From NCBI RefSeq assembly GCF_900187275.1, contig NZ_LT906458.1:900001-932000 (forward strand): 32,000 bases of DNA, in the 5' to 3' direction. The translations under genes and the position numbers were made by a program. Below the pieces are notes generated by a model that made no database searches, was not told where the DNA came from, and saw nothing but the letters and a program-made list of their open reading frames with translations. How positions within the stretch are numbered: the first letter of the stretch is position 1; each line of letters opens with the position of its first letter. This document shows positions 30,420 to 32,000 of the stretch, piece after piece. This DNA comes from Pasteurella multocida (GTDB taxonomy: Bacteria > Pseudomonadota > Gammaproteobacteria > Enterobacterales > Pasteurellaceae).

Positions 30420-31622
30420 TTAAGGCAGTGCAGAAATGACACAGTAGCCCTCTTCCAAACCTGTGATTTGATAGCCAGTTTCACTCTCAATAAAAGCTGA
30501 TTCACCCTGTTTTAATTCAAGTACCTGCGTGCCTTGAGAAAGGGTAAGCTTTCCTTTCATCACTAACAAAATTTGTGCACTTTGCGCCTGGCAGGACTGT
30601 GTTTGTCCTTGACAATAGTTAAATCGAGTAAGCGCAAAATCTTTAGCAGGAGTATGGTAAGTAAAATAAGCCTGTTGTGCTGGTGCCACTGGAATAATCT
30701 CAGGTACCACTTCACGACAATCAATAATCGCTAGCAAGGCTTGGATATCCACATGTTTTGGGGTTAACCCACCACGAATCACATTATCTGAACACGCCAT
30801 TAATTCAATATTTTGTCCACGTAAATACGCATGAGGAATACCCGCATCTTGGAAAATGCCCTCGCCTTCGCGTAAGTGCACAATATTAAATAAATAAAAG
30901 CAAACAAGACCTGCATCCAATTTTGACGGTGCAATCGCCATCGCCTCCATCGTATAAAGAACCCAATAATCTGGATTGCTCAGCTCAAGTTGATTCGCGG
31001 CATATTTCGCTTTATTTTCTTCTATAATCGGCAATAACCATTGAGATAACTGTTCTTGATCTGCTTGCATAATGTCAGCATAAAAAGCATGCATATCTTG
31101 TTGTACAAGCTTCGTTGCCAGTCCTTGTAAAGAAGGACGTGCATTTAAGGTTGCAAGCATAGCCTGTTTCGTTTTAAACCCATGTAATAACCAAAAATCG
31201 GATAATGCAATCATCATTTCTGGCTTGTGATTATTGTCTTTATAAGTACGAATAGGACTTGTTAAGGCAATGCCTTGCGCATTCTCTTGCGCAAATCCAA
31301 TCTCTGCCTGTTTTTTTGTCGGATGTAATTGAATAGACAAGGGTTTTGCCACATCTAAAATCTTTAATAAATAAGGCAATTCTGAACCAAACTGGGACAG
31401 GCTCTTGTCGCCAAGTGCGGTTGGTTTTTGAGCTAAAAATGTAGCTAACGACGTTTCTTTGCCCTCAACATCAAGCATAGACGGTGCTGACACATGTGCA
31501 CCTAACCACCACTCTGCATAATACTGTTCTGTTTCTTTTTTCATCCCAAGTAAGGCAGGTAAATAGTCTTTCCCGCCCCAAACGTAATGCTGTAAACGAC
31601 CTGTTAATTGATAAATTCCCAT
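30420..31622 (-). CDS. manA: mannose-6-phosphate isomerase, class I
   Basis: MGIYQLTGRLQHYVWGGKDYLPALLG; KPLSIQLHP; IPHAYLRGQNIELMACSDNVIRGGLTPKHVD. Confidence 0.95.
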   Translation of the reverse strand: MGIYQLTGRLQHYVWGGKDYLPALLGMKKETEQYYAEWWLGAHVSAPSMLDVEGKETSLATFLAQKPTALGDKSLSQFGSELPYLLKILDVAKPLSIQLHPTKKQAEIGFAQENAQGIALTSPIRTYKDNNHKPEMMIALSDFWLLHGFKTKQAMLATLNARPSLQGLATKLVQQDMHAFYADIMQADQEQLSQWLLPIIEENKAKYAANQLELSNPDYWVLYTMEAMAIAPSKLDAGLVCFYLFNIVHLREGEGIFQDAGIPHAYLRGQNIELMACSDNVIRGGLTPKHVDIQALLAIIDCREVVPEIIPVAPAQQAYFTYHTPAKDFALTRFNYCQGQTQSCQAQSAQILLVMKGKLTLSQGTQVLELKQGESAFIESETGYQITGLEEGYCVISALP

Positions 31623-31633
31623 ATATTCCCCTG

Positions 31634-32000
31634 TTATTTATAACCACCAAAAAATTGAATAACCTGTTCACGATCTTGATCTGTCAACAAATGCACTAAC
31701 AAACGTTTCCCATTTTTCATGTCAATCACAAGAATATTATTCTCTGCCAAATTCACCTGATGAATATCAGCATATTGAAAATAAATATTACCGAAGAAAA
31801 ACCCTTTCTCTTTTAAGAGTAACATGGGGGCGCGAATAAACGCCGCATACACACTCAGTAAAATTAAAGCAGTTAATAAGTACAGAGTGGCCGACGAAAG
31901 ATTGGTATAGGTTTGGTAAATGATAATGCCTATTAATAGACTAAAAATTAACGCATCCTTTTGTCCCTGCTTTTTCAGATGTACCTTAAGTAAGGTTTTT
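31634..32000 (-). CDS. DUF986 / UPF0266 (YobD-like) membrane protein, N-terminus beyond window edge
   Basis: Frame remains open to the edge (LLKVHLKKQGQKDALIFSLLIGIIIYQTYTN...SVYAAFIRAPMLLLKEKGFFFGNIYFQYADIHQVNLAENNILVIDM), resembling YobD. The tracked start at 31852 is an internal GTG. Confidence 0.8.
   Translation of the reverse strand, partial: KTLLKVHLKKQGQKDALIFSLLIGIIIYQTYTNLSSATLYLLTALILLSVYAAFIRAPMLLLKEKGFFFGNIYFQYADIHQVNLAENNILVIDMKNGKRLLVHLLTDQDREQVIQFFGGYK

Overview
The window looks like an ordinary chromosomal segment from a Pasteurella/Haemophilus-type member of the Pasteurellaceae. It carries perfect 9-nt uptake signal sequences (AAGTGCGGT/ACCGCACTT) at roughly 1 per 2.3 kb. 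Gene order: M16-family peptidase (5'-truncated), [unannotated speFL leader]-speF-potE, argF, virK/ybjX-like gene, tyrP-type transporter and tyrosine phenol-lyase (minus strand), argG, an epimerase-like gene, purC, a low-GC phosphoethanolamine-transferase-like gene, prfC, dps, valS, a hypothetical gene, tpx, a DIP1984-family gene, holC, fumC, a chalcone-isomerase-like gene, ycfP, rimK-like gene, grxA, argA, manA, and a yobD-like gene (truncated by the window end). No CRISPR, rRNA, tRNA or obvious mobile element was recognised. The strongest non-ORF-track signal is a 53-codon leader peptide at 2360..2521, MLIHDYYKEYHPDKGRSIMAHIRRTRHIMMPSYRSCFSYSIFNSQISSSHYAR*. It carries the HIRRTxHIM motif and an F-x(4)-FN segment like the ornithine-sensing arrest peptide SpeFL of E. 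coli, but has an 8-9 residue C-terminal extension. It sits under a perfect-consensus CRP-like site and next to mutually exclusive RNA pairings. Other points of interest are an unexplained, terminator-ended intergenic region (about 11555..11757), a 43-aa putative small membrane protein (11775..11906, -), a LacI/PurR-type operator at argF as well as purC, a USS embedded in the purC promoter spacer, and hairpins within or between operon genes. All functional calls are from memory of protein families; no searches were run.
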